Below are positions 49,117 through 58,142 of a DNA stretch of 64,000 bases, in pieces (position 1 is the first letter of the stretch; every line of letters begins with the position of its first letter). The translations under genes were made by a program, and so were the position numbers. Source of the DNA: Deltaproteobacteria bacterium RBG_13_43_22 (GTDB lineage: Bacteria; Desulfobacterota; RBG-13-43-22); assembly GCA_001797675.1 (NCBI GenBank), contig MGQB01000030.1, positions 40,077-104,076 of the forward strand, given 5' to 3'. Below the pieces are notes generated by a model that made no database searches, was not told the origin of the DNA, and worked only from the letters and a program-made list of their open reading frames with translations.

Positions 49117-49206
49117 AAAGTGCCAAGAAGTGGATAAAATTATCGGTATGAGATACCCGATCATGCGTTTTCGGAAACTATATCAACCTATCAGAAAGGA
49201 AAAACT

Positions 49207-50400
49207 ATGTCCGGCCCATTGAGCGATACTAAAGTGTTGAGTTTTTGCAGGGCCCTGGCCGGCCCTTTTGCCACTATGATCCTTGGGGATCTGGGTGCCG
49301 AAATCATAAAAATTGAAGATCCCCAGGGAGGAGACTCGACCAGAGAGGGGGAGCCCAAGCTTAAAGGAGTAAGCACTTACTTTCTGAGTGTCAACAGAGG
49401 TAAAAAAAGTGTCACCCTTAATCTCAAAGACAAGAAAGCCCAAAAAATCATTTTTGGTCTGATCAAAGACGTGGATGTCCTGGTGGAGAATTTTCGTCCG
49501 GGGGTAATGAAAAGATTGGGCCTGGATTATGAAACGGTCCGTAACATAAACCCCAAAATCGTTTACGCCTCGATTTCCGGTTTCGGACAAACCGGTCCCT
49601 ATTCTTCCAGGCCGGCCTATGATATGCTGGCCCAGGGAATGGGAGGGGTGGTCAGTCTTACGGGAACGGGAGAAGCCGGCTCTCCTCCGGTTCGGGTCGG
49701 TTATTCAATCGGAGATATGGCCGTGAGTCTCTATGGCGTCATCGCTATCCAGGCCGCCTTAATCGAACGGGAGCGGAGTGGTGAGGGGCAGTGGGTGGAT
49801 GTGGCCATGTTGGACAGCCAGGTGGCCTTGTGCGAAAACGCCATGGTGAGATATCTGGCTACGGGTGAAATTCCCAAACCCACCGGATCCCGTCACCCAT
49901 TGGCCACTCCTTTTCAGATTTACCAAACCAAGGACAAACCCATTATTCTCATCGCCAACTCGGATAAACTCTGGGTCAACTTCTGTAAGGCGGCCGGAAA
50001 AGAGGATTGGATCAAAGATGAACGCTACCGCACCCGAGGCCTAAGACTAAAAAATTATCGGCAATTTAATCAGGAAATGGTTGAATTGATGAGTTCCAGG
50101 TCCTATCAAGAATGGGTCGATCTCTTCGAGGCCCATGAGGTGATGTACGGACCGGTCAATAATATGGAAGAGGTCTCCAAGGACCCGCAGGTAATGGCCA
50201 GGGAAATGATCGTCGAAGTGGAGCATCCCCGGGCGGGCAGGCACAAGGTTGTGGGTACCCCCATGAAATTTTCGAGAACACCATGCAAGATAGATAAAGG
50301 AGCCCCCGAATTAGGTGTTCATACCGTCGAACTCCTCTCGACACGCTTGGGACTTAGTGATGAAGAGATAAAGGAATTGCGAGAATCTAAAACCATCTAA
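49207..50400 (+). CDS. Family III (CaiB/BaiF) CoA-transferase
   Basis: VLSFCRALAGPFATMILGDLGAEIIKIEDPQGGD signature; 397 aa. Confidence 0.9.
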   Translation: MSGPLSDTKVLSFCRALAGPFATMILGDLGAEIIKIEDPQGGDSTREGEPKLKGVSTYFLSVNRGKKSVTLNLKDKKAQKIIFGLIKDVDVLVENFRPGVMKRLGLDYETVRNINPKIVYASISGFGQTGPYSSRPAYDMLAQGMGGVVSLTGTGEAGSPPVRVGYSIGDMAVSLYGVIAIQAALIERERSGEGQWVDVAMLDSQVALCENAMVRYLATGEIPKPTGSRHPLATPFQIYQTKDKPIILIANSDKLWVNFCKAAGKEDWIKDERYRTRGLRLKNYRQFNQEMVELMSSRSYQEWVDLFEAHEVMYGPVNNMEEVSKDPQVMAREMIVEVEHPRAGRHKVVGTPMKFSRTPCKIDKGAPELGVHTVELLSTRLGLSDEEIKELRESKTI

Positions 50401-50412
50401 GGGGGTGAGGTT

Positions 50413-50502
50413 ATAAAACTGATCTACGAAGTCAAAGATCGCATCGCCTACATTACCATTAACCGACCGGAGGCCATGGAAGCCTCAGGCGTCCGGTCTT
50501 GA
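50413..50502 (+). pseudogene. Truncated 5' remnant of a second enoyl-CoA hydratase gene
   Basis: Reads IKLIYEVKDRIAYITINRPEAMEASGVRS*. The crotonase N-terminal motif (IAYITINRPEAMxA) is lost after about 24 codons. ATA sits where an ATG would be expected, after GGTGAGG. Confidence 0.7.
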
Positions 50503-50779
50503 CATTAGATATAATACTTTTAACTGCCATAAATACGGTGACATCATACTTATTTCTTAACCATAACCAGAAAATTAAATTGGTATGGATGCCCCTGGAT
50601 TTCAATTAAAACCCTGTCCTCAATTTTTTACTTATCATCAATACGTTATTACAATAGCCTGCCCCCATTCCAATCCATACCTCAATTTTCAACATAAAAG
50701 AATTGACCCCAATGCCTTTACATAACAGCAACCCGCCACGTTTTAATCAGATCCCGATGTCAAAAACATCGGTATTTTG

Positions 50780-50833
50780 CCTCCCGAACCACACTCCTAA
50801 AAATGTCCAACAGTATAGACCTGACCCTCATCA
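50780..50833. repeat. Conserved 55-nt intergenic element, copy 2
   Basis: CCTCCCGAACCACACTCCTAAAAATGTCCAACAGTATAGACCTGACCCTCATCA. Matches 38214-38268. Confidence 0.75.
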
Positions 50834-50849
50834 TCCGCAGGTAAGCTTT

Positions 50850-51419
50850 TCATTTCCCCAATCGCCCGGCCATCCTGACCACATTTTTCCCCACAGCCCT
50901 GGCCTCTTGCAGGGCCGTCACATCGGGTGATCCCCCCGGTCCTTCTCGTACTTCACCCTTTTCTCTCCCGTAGCCTAAACCCCCACCGGAAATGATCATC
51001 CGGTGAACAGCGAAGAAGGTGTAAAGCAGGCTCAGCACCTGACCGGCCCCCACTCTTCTGGCCGCGATGATGGCCGCCGCCACCTTCCCCTTCAACTTTC
51101 CGGCCCGCAATAACCCATAGGTCCTGTCCATGACCGCTTTGGCCTGGGCGCTAACGTTGAGGAAATAGACCGGGGTACCGAAAATCAGTCCGTCGGCCGA
51201 TTCCAGTTTTTCATAGATGTCCTGCATGTCATCCTCGACAATACATTGACCGTCCTTCACGCACCCGCCGCAGGCATCACAGGGGGCGATCTCCTTGCCC
51301 GCCAGCAGAATAAGCTCGGGGTCACCCCCGGCATCGCGGACACCTTCCAGGGCCTCCCTGACCAAAATCTCCGTATTCCCGCCCTCCCTGGGGCTGCAAA
51401 CAATACCCAAAATTTTCAT
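50850..51419 (-). CDS. Iron-sulfur flavoprotein (Isf-like, NADPH-dependent FMN reductase fold)
   Basis: MKILGIVCSPREGGNT flavodoxin-like start plus the compact Cys motif CDACGGCVKDGQC (C-x2-C-x2-C-x5-C). The ATG at 51419 is preferred over 51431. Confidence 0.8.
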   Translation of the reverse strand: MKILGIVCSPREGGNTEILVREALEGVRDAGGDPELILLAGKEIAPCDACGGCVKDGQCIVEDDMQDIYEKLESADGLIFGTPVYFLNVSAQAKAVMDRTYGLLRAGKLKGKVAAAIIAARRVGAGQVLSLLYTFFAVHRMIISGGGLGYGREKGEVREGPGGSPDVTALQEARAVGKNVVRMAGRLGK

Positions 51420-51580
51420 AAAAGTCGCCATCCTTTCTTAATTCAAGCCGTTGGATGTCATCACACCGTTCGGTGAAGCTCTCTTTCCATCTGATAACCT
51501 TATGGCTCTTCCGGTTTGCGGCATCGCTGCCGGCTTAGAAGCTTCTACCACTCAGCCTTAATCCTTTTCTCCGAGATTTA

Positions 51581-51610
51581 AAGCTCCCCGCACCAAAGTG
51601 CGGGGAGCTT
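51581..51610 (-). terminator. Strong hairpin downstream of the lectin gene
   Basis: A 13-bp stem, AAGCTCCCCGCAC-CAAA-GTGCGGGGAGCTT, followed on the minus strand by TTTAAATCT. Confidence 0.6.
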
Positions 51611-51657
51611 CCATGCAAGGTCCGACCCTGTTTCGTTTCGTATTGGAGATGATTCAA

Positions 51658-52128
51658 CTATCTGTTGGTGCCGGTGTTCCAAACCGGAACCACCGGTCTA
51701 TAAATAACAACATTCCCGTCATCTTGAACGGCCAGAAAAGAGCCGGGATTACCCTGGGTATTGGAGGCCCAGACCGGTTGACGACCGGGCCCGTATAAGA
51801 CTAGATTCCCGTCGGTCTGCATAAGGCATTCCCTGACCTCCCTTCCAACAGTTCCGGACGACCACAGAGGGAACTCATGGCGGTAAAGAACTAAATTGCC
51901 GTCATTCTGGCAGGACAGTCGAAATTCACCGCCCGGTGCCCAAACGGACTCTCCTCGATGAATCCGGGCTCCGGAAGGAAGTATCCCATTGGAATTCGCT
52001 CTTTGCGTCCGGAGACAATCCTTAGAAAGGCCCCGGTGGCAGGCAAGATCCCTCGAGAAATCAGTTTGGCCGGCATTAGCAGATAGTAAAGAAATCAAAA
52101 CCAGGGTTGAGATAAGAAATGATCGCAT
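51658..52128 (-). CDS. Secreted bulb-type (B-) lectin domain protein
   Basis: Signal peptide MRSFLISTLVLISLLSANA. Three intact Q-x-D-x-N-x-V-x-Y motifs (QNDGNLVLY, QTDGNLVLY, QDDGNVVIY) in one roughly 115-aa domain. Confidence 0.85.
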   Translation of the reverse strand: MRSFLISTLVLISLLSANAGQTDFSRDLACHRGLSKDCLRTQRANSNGILPSGARIHRGESVWAPGGEFRLSCQNDGNLVLYRHEFPLWSSGTVGREVRECLMQTDGNLVLYGPGRQPVWASNTQGNPGSFLAVQDDGNVVIYRPVVPVWNTGTNR

Positions 52129-52247
52129 TGGTTTCCTCCTCTGTTAAATGGTCCTGACTTTTTGGTCTACGATCCTTCTTGACGGGAAACCGTTAAGGGA
52201 TGCCTCGGAGTCCGCCTTTTCCTAGTGGCCCGGGCTGCGACAATAAT

Positions 52248-53027
52248 CTATTTCTTAAGAGGTCTTCCCGCAATAAAACGTGCCTGAAATCGCCGCATGC
52301 CTTGAAGCCAGCGATCATAATCGCTTGTTTTCCTCTGCATATACGTTTTCACCTCGGGGTGAGGCAGAATCAGAAACTCCTCTTTATTTAAACCCTCAAT
52401 GACAGCCTCGGCGAGTTGTTCCGGTTCCATCAGCCCGTCAACCGCTGCTACGCCGCCATCAGGCCCGGCCATGGCTGTGCGCACGGCTTGGGGACAGAGA
52501 GCAAATACTTTTATTCCTTGATCGCCGTAGGTGATGGCGATATTTTCGGCCAGCCCCACGGCCGCATGCTTGGTAACGGAATAAGGCGCCGAACCAATCT
52601 GACTGAGGAGCCCTGCAGCCGAAGACGTGATCATGAGTGCACCGCCGCCCCGTTTGATCATTCCGGGTATGATCGCTCGTCCCACATAGATATGGGACAT
52701 CACATTGATCTCCCAGATGCGTTGCCATTGATCATTGGGACACTCTACGCCGCCGAGGGCGATAATGCCGGCATTCGAGCAAAAAAGATCTATCCGTCCA
52801 TATTTCTCTTCCGTAAAGCGGACCAGCCGCATCACATCTTCTTCCTCGCTGACATCGCATTTGAAGGCCACTCCATGTATTTCATCAGCCACGACCTTTG
52901 CTAAAGCCTCATTGATATCCGCAACGACAACTGCTCTGGCGCCTTCACGAGTAAACCGCCGGCACAAAGCCTCGCCGATTCCACTGGCACCACCCGTAAC
53001 AACAACTACTTTATCTGTGACTTCCAT
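52248..53027 (-). CDS. Short-chain dehydrogenase/reductase (SDR)
   Basis: [14 protein letters not shown] cofactor motif and YSVTK catalytic motif. The ATG at 53027 (MEVTDK) is preferred. Confidence 0.9.
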   Translation of the reverse strand: MEVTDKVVVVTGGASGIGEALCRRFTREGARAVVVADINEALAKVVADEIHGVAFKCDVSEEEDVMRLVRFTEEKYGRIDLFCSNAGIIALGGVECPNDQWQRIWEINVMSHIYVGRAIIPGMIKRGGGALMITSSAAGLLSQIGSAPYSVTKHAAVGLAENIAITYGDQGIKVFALCPQAVRTAMAGPDGGVAAVDGLMEPEQLAEAVIEGLNKEEFLILPHPEVKTYMQRKTSDYDRWLQGMRRFQARFIAGRPLKK

Positions 53028-53282
53028 TTTAATTAAACCTCCCCAGAAACCCAAGCCAACCCTTATTATGGATTATTCGGCAATAACCATCCTTTCCGCA
53101 CTTCAGTTTCGAAATGACCTCGAAAAGAATGTTTTTCATGACCATCTTCAATATTGTTGCGTGGCAGAACGGCTCTATGCTTTCGGGTTCTATTCGACCG
53201 TAAAATATCAATTCAACTAATTCAACAATTTTCCGGGTCACATACCTTGTCAATTTAATTATTAAAGAGCGTCCCCTTCTCA

Positions 53283-53507
53283 CTATACGTGTTTATTCAA
53301 GATATTTTTTGAGACGATATTTGCGGTCCGGGTGGCCTCATCATAAACAATCAAAGCCTCTCCGCGTCGCAATTGGTTCATTACCATAGCCACATTTTCT
53401 TCAAGCGATTTTTGGGTATATCCTGAATCAGTGCCTTCTCGGGTTACAAATTCTTCAATAAGCCCTTGCAATGCCGCCGGGCTAAGTCTTTCGTATGGGA
53501 TAATCAC
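53283..53507 (-). CDS. YheU family protein (UPF0270)
   Basis: 74 aa, MIIPYERLSPAALQGLIEEFVTREGTDSGY.., closely matching the YheU pattern. Confidence 0.8.
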   Translation of the reverse strand: MIIPYERLSPAALQGLIEEFVTREGTDSGYTQKSLEENVAMVMNQLRRGEALIVYDEATRTANIVSKNILNKHV

Positions 53508-53645
53508 TTCGATTTTATCCTTTTGAAATGCAAGGCCTATTTAACCGGCGGGTGTGAGACAGGGTTTTACCCATATCTGCTCAAAGTATATTTGGGCAAG
53601 AATCTTTCGCTCAACGCCAACTCTTTTAAAGATGAGCCTTAAAAA

Positions 53646-53903
53646 TTATGGTGTGACCTTGATTACCGTATCGTTTTCCCGGACTCTTTCAGGAACTTTT
53701 ATCCCTATTACATCCCCAATTTCAGCCTCAAGGATAGCCTGCTTGTCCTTTTGCATACTGCCCACGGTCATTTCAAAATGGGTGGTGTGTCCTTTGATTT
53801 TCAGGGTGTTCCCAAGGGAAATTTTTCCATGAGTTACCTCTAAAGCAGCTACCCCGACTTTGGAAAAATAGGTTTTTACAACCCCAATGATTTCTTCGCT
53901 CAT
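53646..53903 (-). CDS. Translation elongation factor-like small beta-barrel protein (EF-Tu domain 2-like)
   Basis: 85 aa with IGVVKTYFSKVGVAALEVTHGKISLGNTLKIKGHTTHFEMTVGSMQ..GDVIGIKV. Confidence 0.7.
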   Translation of the reverse strand: MSEEIIGVVKTYFSKVGVAALEVTHGKISLGNTLKIKGHTTHFEMTVGSMQKDKQAILEAEIGDVIGIKVPERVRENDTVIKVTP

Positions 53904-54075
53904 ACCGTTTCCCTCCTTTAAAACAACGTCTCCCTTCTTGCAAATGTTGATTGTTTATTTCAATTCAATATTGAAAATTTAACCCTGATCCGGTTATCAA
54001 TAAGAGTTAAGAGCAGACCTGACCGGTTTACCTTTTAATGAATCATTTATTCCCCCGTGGTAAAGCAATCCATTC

Positions 54076-54762
54076 CTAGTAGTTGGTCAAGACTTCATTG
54101 GGCGCCACGCCCAGTTTAACCAGTTCATCCCGGCCCTGCTCCTGCATGGCTTTCATCCCGCAGATTAAGGCCACCGGTTGATTGAGTTTCTTAAGAGCCT
54201 CCTGAAAATGAAGTTGTACATATCCGTTCTTTCCCGTCCAGTTCATCCCCTCGGGGCGGCTGATTGTCAGTGTGACAGGGATACCCGATTTCTCCCAGTC
54301 CTTCACTTCATTGAGGAAGGAGAAATCACCGGGGAATCTGACACCGTATATCAATGAAACTTTCCCGGATTGTCCCCGCTTGGCGCAAAGGTGCCTTATG
54401 ACACTTCTCATTGGAGCAATAGCACTTCCCACCGCTGCGATAATGAAATCACGCCCGGGATAGCTGTCTACCGGGAAGCCTTTGCCAATTGGTCCCTTAC
54501 CCTGCATTTTATCACCCTTATTCGCTCTGAACAAGGCGGCTGACACGCCCTTCCCGTCCTTCACCAGGACCTCCATGCCGTTCTGGTCATCCGGCGCGGA
54601 GGCGATGGCATAGTACGATTCCCCGATTCCCTCCATCCCGAGAATGGCTACCTGTCCCGGGATGAAAGACCATTTCTTTCCCGCCTCCAGTGAGAGTAGG
54701 TGCATCTGCTCCGTCTCTACCGTTACTTTCTTAACCGTAAAAATAGTCGGGACTGTTTCCAT
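54076..54762 (-). CDS. FAD/NAD(P)-binding oxidoreductase (ferredoxin-NADP reductase-like, no Fe-S tail)
   Basis: The flavin-binding SYYAIAS and NAD-binding IIAAVGSAIAPMRS patterns. The ATG at 54762 follows AAGGAGGG. The longer ORF would run through the promoter. Confidence 0.75.
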   Translation of the reverse strand: METVPTIFTVKKVTVETEQMHLLSLEAGKKWSFIPGQVAILGMEGIGESYYAIASAPDDQNGMEVLVKDGKGVSAALFRANKGDKMQGKGPIGKGFPVDSYPGRDFIIAAVGSAIAPMRSVIRHLCAKRGQSGKVSLIYGVRFPGDFSFLNEVKDWEKSGIPVTLTISRPEGMNWTGKNGYVQLHFQEALKKLNQPVALICGMKAMQEQGRDELVKLGVAPNEVLTNY

Positions 54763-54822
54763 TTTCGTTAGCCCTCCTTTTTTACTACAATTAATTGATA
54801 GAAGTTGCTTTTGGATAAGAAG

Positions 54823-54851
54823 ATTATAAGGCAAGAAAAAGACTGGGGCAA
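54823..54851 (-). promoter_or_regulatory. Promoter cassette copy c: TTGCCC-CAGTCTTTTTCTTGCCT-TATAAT
   Basis: Read on the minus strand, about 55 nt upstream of the FNR-like start. Confidence 0.55.
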
Positions 54852-55095
54852 GGAGAAAAGCAAATCGAAAGTTAAGGAAACGAAGGGCGTATTCTTCTCC
54901 ATTCAGGCAGAAATCGAAAATACTTCTCTTCGCGCTTTAGTTCACTCACTTTCCACACCAGCGTTCTATATTGAAAAACCCTAAGGACAGACACCAAACT
55001 TCAGCCCAGGCAAAAAACAACCTAATCTACCCCAAAAAGAAACCTCCGGTTAAGAGAGAAAGTAGGATTATAAAACTCACCCTCTTAAACAGGAT

Positions 55096-55416
55096 GTGTT
55101 CATGAACGTAACAGAGAATGTCAGGCTCAAGGAGTTTCGTTCACTCAAGAAAAAAATCCAGGGATCAAGGGAATATCTGATCGTAGGGATCGACGTAGCC
55201 AAAGGGAAGCATCATCCTTTTTTGGGCACGACCTTAGGGAAGACGCTGTTAAAGCGATTGGTCTTTGATAATACCAATGAGGGTTTTAGAAAGCTGCTGG
55301 TTCAAGTTCAGGCGAATCAAGCGACCCATGGTTTGGAAAATGACCAGTTTGTTAAACTGATAGCCTCTGGACGGAAGAGCCTGGCTCAACAAAAATCGTT
55401 ATTTTTCTTGAAATAG
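55096..55416 (+). mobile_element. IS110-family transposase N-terminal fragment (remnant)
   Basis: LIVGIDVAKGKHHPF...FDNTNEGFRKLL matches the start of the DEDD_Tnp_IS110 domain. Similarity is lost after about 85 aa, and there is no C-terminal domain. Confidence 0.65.
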
Positions 55417-55459
55417 CATTTTTTCTCTTGACAGAGTTAATATAGGATGTCCCGTTCCA

Positions 55460-56935
55460 CTACGGACTTTGGTGAAACACAGGGATCGGAATGTTATGGG
55501 AGGAAAGAAAATCCCGGTAAATTTTCATGTTATAGTATACTCGGGCCGCCATGGTAAAAGAGGAAAAGGTCGCCATATTATAATGGTGATACCTGGTTTC
55601 CACATCCTGACGCAGGGCTTCCCCTTCCAGTGAGCGGGCTTTCCCCAGGACGAGATAAAGGGGTTTCCCCAGTTGATGCATGCTTTTTACCGTCATTTTT
55701 ATAAAATCATCAAGGAAGGAACGGTCAAGTCTTCTAAAAAACATGTCAATATTTTGAGAGAAGATGAGGGCGTCGATATTTGGATCATCCCGCAGAAGTT
55801 CAATAAGCCTGCCAAATATTTTTGGTCCTCCACCGAAAAGGGCCCCCATAATATCGAGGGGATTTTTGGCACTGTTTCCCTGAACCGGTACGAACTCTTC
55901 AAGGGCACGAATAGTCTTCTCGGTCAGGTGTGGGACCTTTAATCCCTCTTTTTCAGCCAAATCGGTCATGGTGACAGACCCGCCACCGGCCCCGCCCAGG
56001 ATGGCAACGTTCAAGCCTGTCGGCAAGGGCAGTCTTTGTAGGCCCCCGATAGTGGCGATAAGATCCTCCATTGAATTCACGGAGATAAGACCAACCTGTT
56101 TGCAGAGGGCCTGCCATATATCCAGGGATCCGGCCAGGGAGCCAGTGTGGGACTGAGTTGCCCTCGCCCCGCCCTCTGTCTGACCGCCCTTCCAGACCAC
56201 CATTGGTTTTTTTTGTGTTATTTTCCGGGCCACTTCGAAAAAAGCACGCCCGTCTTTCAGACCCTCGATATAGGCCCCGATAATGTCGGTCTTATCATCA
56301 TCGGCCAGATATTCCAGAAAATCATGGGCCTTGAGATCGGCTGCATTCCCGAAACTGACGACTTTACTGAAACGCAGGCGCTGGTCCCCCCCTTCCTGAA
56401 CAAAATGCCCGGCCAACTGCCCGCTCTGAGAAACAAACCCAATGGTTCCGGGTGTTCTCGGGAATTCGCTGGTCCAGGCCAGGCCCCCCTCAGGACAATA
56501 AAGACCCATGCAGTTAGGTCCGACTATCCTGATCCCGCCTTTCTTGGCCAGGTCGATTAATTTCCTTTCAATTTCTGCCAGCTCCGGTCGACCGGTCTCG
56601 CTGAACCCGGCAGTAAAAAGATGCACGAATTTGACTTTTTTGGTCACGCAGTCTTCCATAACCGGCAGCACGGCCGAGAAGGGAATACTGAATATAACCA
56701 GATCAATCTCACCCGGGATATCCCGCACACTTTTATAGGTTTTTATGCCCAGGATGGTTTCTGCTTTCGGGTTTACCGGATAGATGTTCCCCGGAAAGTT
56801 CAGGTTAATCGCTCCTTCAATAAAGGTGTTTCCGCCCCATCGGTTCAGGTACCCTCTTTTGGGGGAAGCCCCCACCACGGCCAGGCTTTTAGGGTAGAAT
56901 AATTCGTTTAAGTTTAAAGAGGTGTTTTCAGACAT
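55460..56935 (-). CDS. CoA-binding / succinyl-CoA-synthetase-like protein (ADP-forming acyl-CoA synthetase alpha-type)
   Basis: SLAVVGASPKRG CoA-binding start, GPNCMGL, SQSG, and a His-loop region (TQSHTGSLAG). The ATG at 56935 follows GGAGG. No ATP-grasp partner lies nearby. Confidence 0.78.
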   Translation of the reverse strand: MSENTSLNLNELFYPKSLAVVGASPKRGYLNRWGGNTFIEGAINLNFPGNIYPVNPKAETILGIKTYKSVRDIPGEIDLVIFSIPFSAVLPVMEDCVTKKVKFVHLFTAGFSETGRPELAEIERKLIDLAKKGGIRIVGPNCMGLYCPEGGLAWTSEFPRTPGTIGFVSQSGQLAGHFVQEGGDQRLRFSKVVSFGNAADLKAHDFLEYLADDDKTDIIGAYIEGLKDGRAFFEVARKITQKKPMVVWKGGQTEGGARATQSHTGSLAGSLDIWQALCKQVGLISVNSMEDLIATIGGLQRLPLPTGLNVAILGGAGGGSVTMTDLAEKEGLKVPHLTEKTIRALEEFVPVQGNSAKNPLDIMGALFGGGPKIFGRLIELLRDDPNIDALIFSQNIDMFFRRLDRSFLDDFIKMTVKSMHQLGKPLYLVLGKARSLEGEALRQDVETRYHHYNMATFSSFTMAARVYYNMKIYRDFLSSHNIPIPVFHQSP

Positions 56936-57136
56936 GTGAACCTCCGAATTTTCACAGTAATAGTATTTGTTTGGCAAAGGCTTTACAGACCTTGTCTCCC
57001 GGATTCCTGCCCCAATTTATCCCACGTTTGATGCAGGAAGGGAATAACGAAAAAAACAATGTGATGCCATTTGGGAAGAGGGAATAAATTTAACAAGAAT
57101 TTCCTTTTTGATTGAAGTAGTATAAAAAAAAGGACC

Positions 57137-57164
57137 AACATAATCAAGAAGAAAAAAGGACCAA
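57137..57164 (-). promoter_or_regulatory. Promoter cassette copy d (weaker): TTGGTC-16-TATGTT with a T-rich spacer
   Basis: Read on the minus strand as TTGGTCCTTTTTTCTTCTTGATTATGTT, about 200 nt upstream of the ACS-alpha-like start. Confidence 0.35.
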
Positions 57165-57242
57165 AGGCAGGGGACTAAGAGGAGTAAGCCTCCAAAATTA
57201 AAACCTGCCGCTCCCCTTAAATCCTGAACTCCATGTATCCTG

Positions 57243-57280
57243 AACCTCGAATTTGCAAAAGCCGAGGATGCTGGATATCC
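57243..57280. repeat. 38-nt element also forming the 3' end of rph
   Basis: AACCTCGAATTTGCAAAAGCCGAGGATGCTGGATATCC here; AACCTCGATGTTGCAAAAGCCGAGGATGCCGCAGATCC at 26459-26496. Confidence 0.7.
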
Positions 57281-57546
57281 TTTGTTGTTAAAGGGTTCGC
57301 AGTACCCTAGTGTATTTCGAGGATTAAAATTATCGTTAAAGTGAATTCAAGAGAGGTTGGGACGTGAAGGGATTTAGACCCCTTGTGGCAATCGAAAAGT
57401 TCCGCAAGGAACTTAAAATTTTTCAGAAAGATCCACCTGTTTCCCCCTTGAACTTCTTTTTTCTTGTATTTATTCTCTTTTTGTTTAAGAGTGCCAAAAA
57501 AACCTTGAATCTTTAACATTATTCTTTGGAAAAGAAAACCTCGATA

Positions 57547-57684
57547 GGGTAAAAATTGATCGATATTTCCCTTCATCCAAACTTCACCTGGAGTGATGTT
57601 TGGACTCAATATCAAAATTATCAAAATAAGCTGTTTTAACAAATAAAATATACTTTATCGATCAATTTTTATGCAACTTCGAGG
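57547..57684. mobile_element. MITE-like element, copy 2 (perfect 15-nt TIRs)
   Basis: TAAAAATTGATCGAT at 57550-57564 and ATCGATCAATTTTTA at 57657-57671, followed by TGCAACTTCGAGG. Confidence 0.7.
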
Positions 57685-58142
57685 AAAAGCAAGGCAATCC
57701 CATGCCATCCCAACGGTTCCGGATTGGAAGGTTGATTCTGATTTCAATGTCCCTGGTGAAAGATTTTGGGAATAAGGTCCCTCGAGAGGAGATCCTGGTC
57801 AGAGGAGTTCCATAGGCATTGCTTTTAACCGGGTTTAAATCGTAGGATTCGAAGTTACCTGAAATTGGGCATTCTTTTAGATCCTTCACCTTAGATATTA
57901 AAACGTTCCGGGATAAACGATTTTTGGTAGATCATGTTTACTTTTTAATTCAATTTTGGTATTCTAATTTTAAGCTGGATTTTTTAAGGTCCCAACCTGA
58001 AGGGCTGGGGACGATTATCGCCTAATAAAACAAAAAGGACGAACCGGGGAACTTCGGCAGGAAAACGATTGAGCGGGGGCCGTTTCTTGGTGCCGTCTTA
58101 GAAATTGAAAGGTTTATCAACGACCAAAAAGGAGGAAGAAAA

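Noticed and set aside
57307-57889. ORFs 57307-57642(-) and 57662-57889(-), plus a 50-codon hydrophobic ORF (GTG 57363, VKGFRPLVAIEKFRKELKIF...LNFFFLVFILFLF).
   Set aside because: They run through the MITE-like element and AT-rich repeat DNA. They lack convincing Shine-Dalgarno sequences and have no family resemblance. The short hydrophobic ORF could be a toxin-like peptide, but nothing supports that beyond hydrophobicity.
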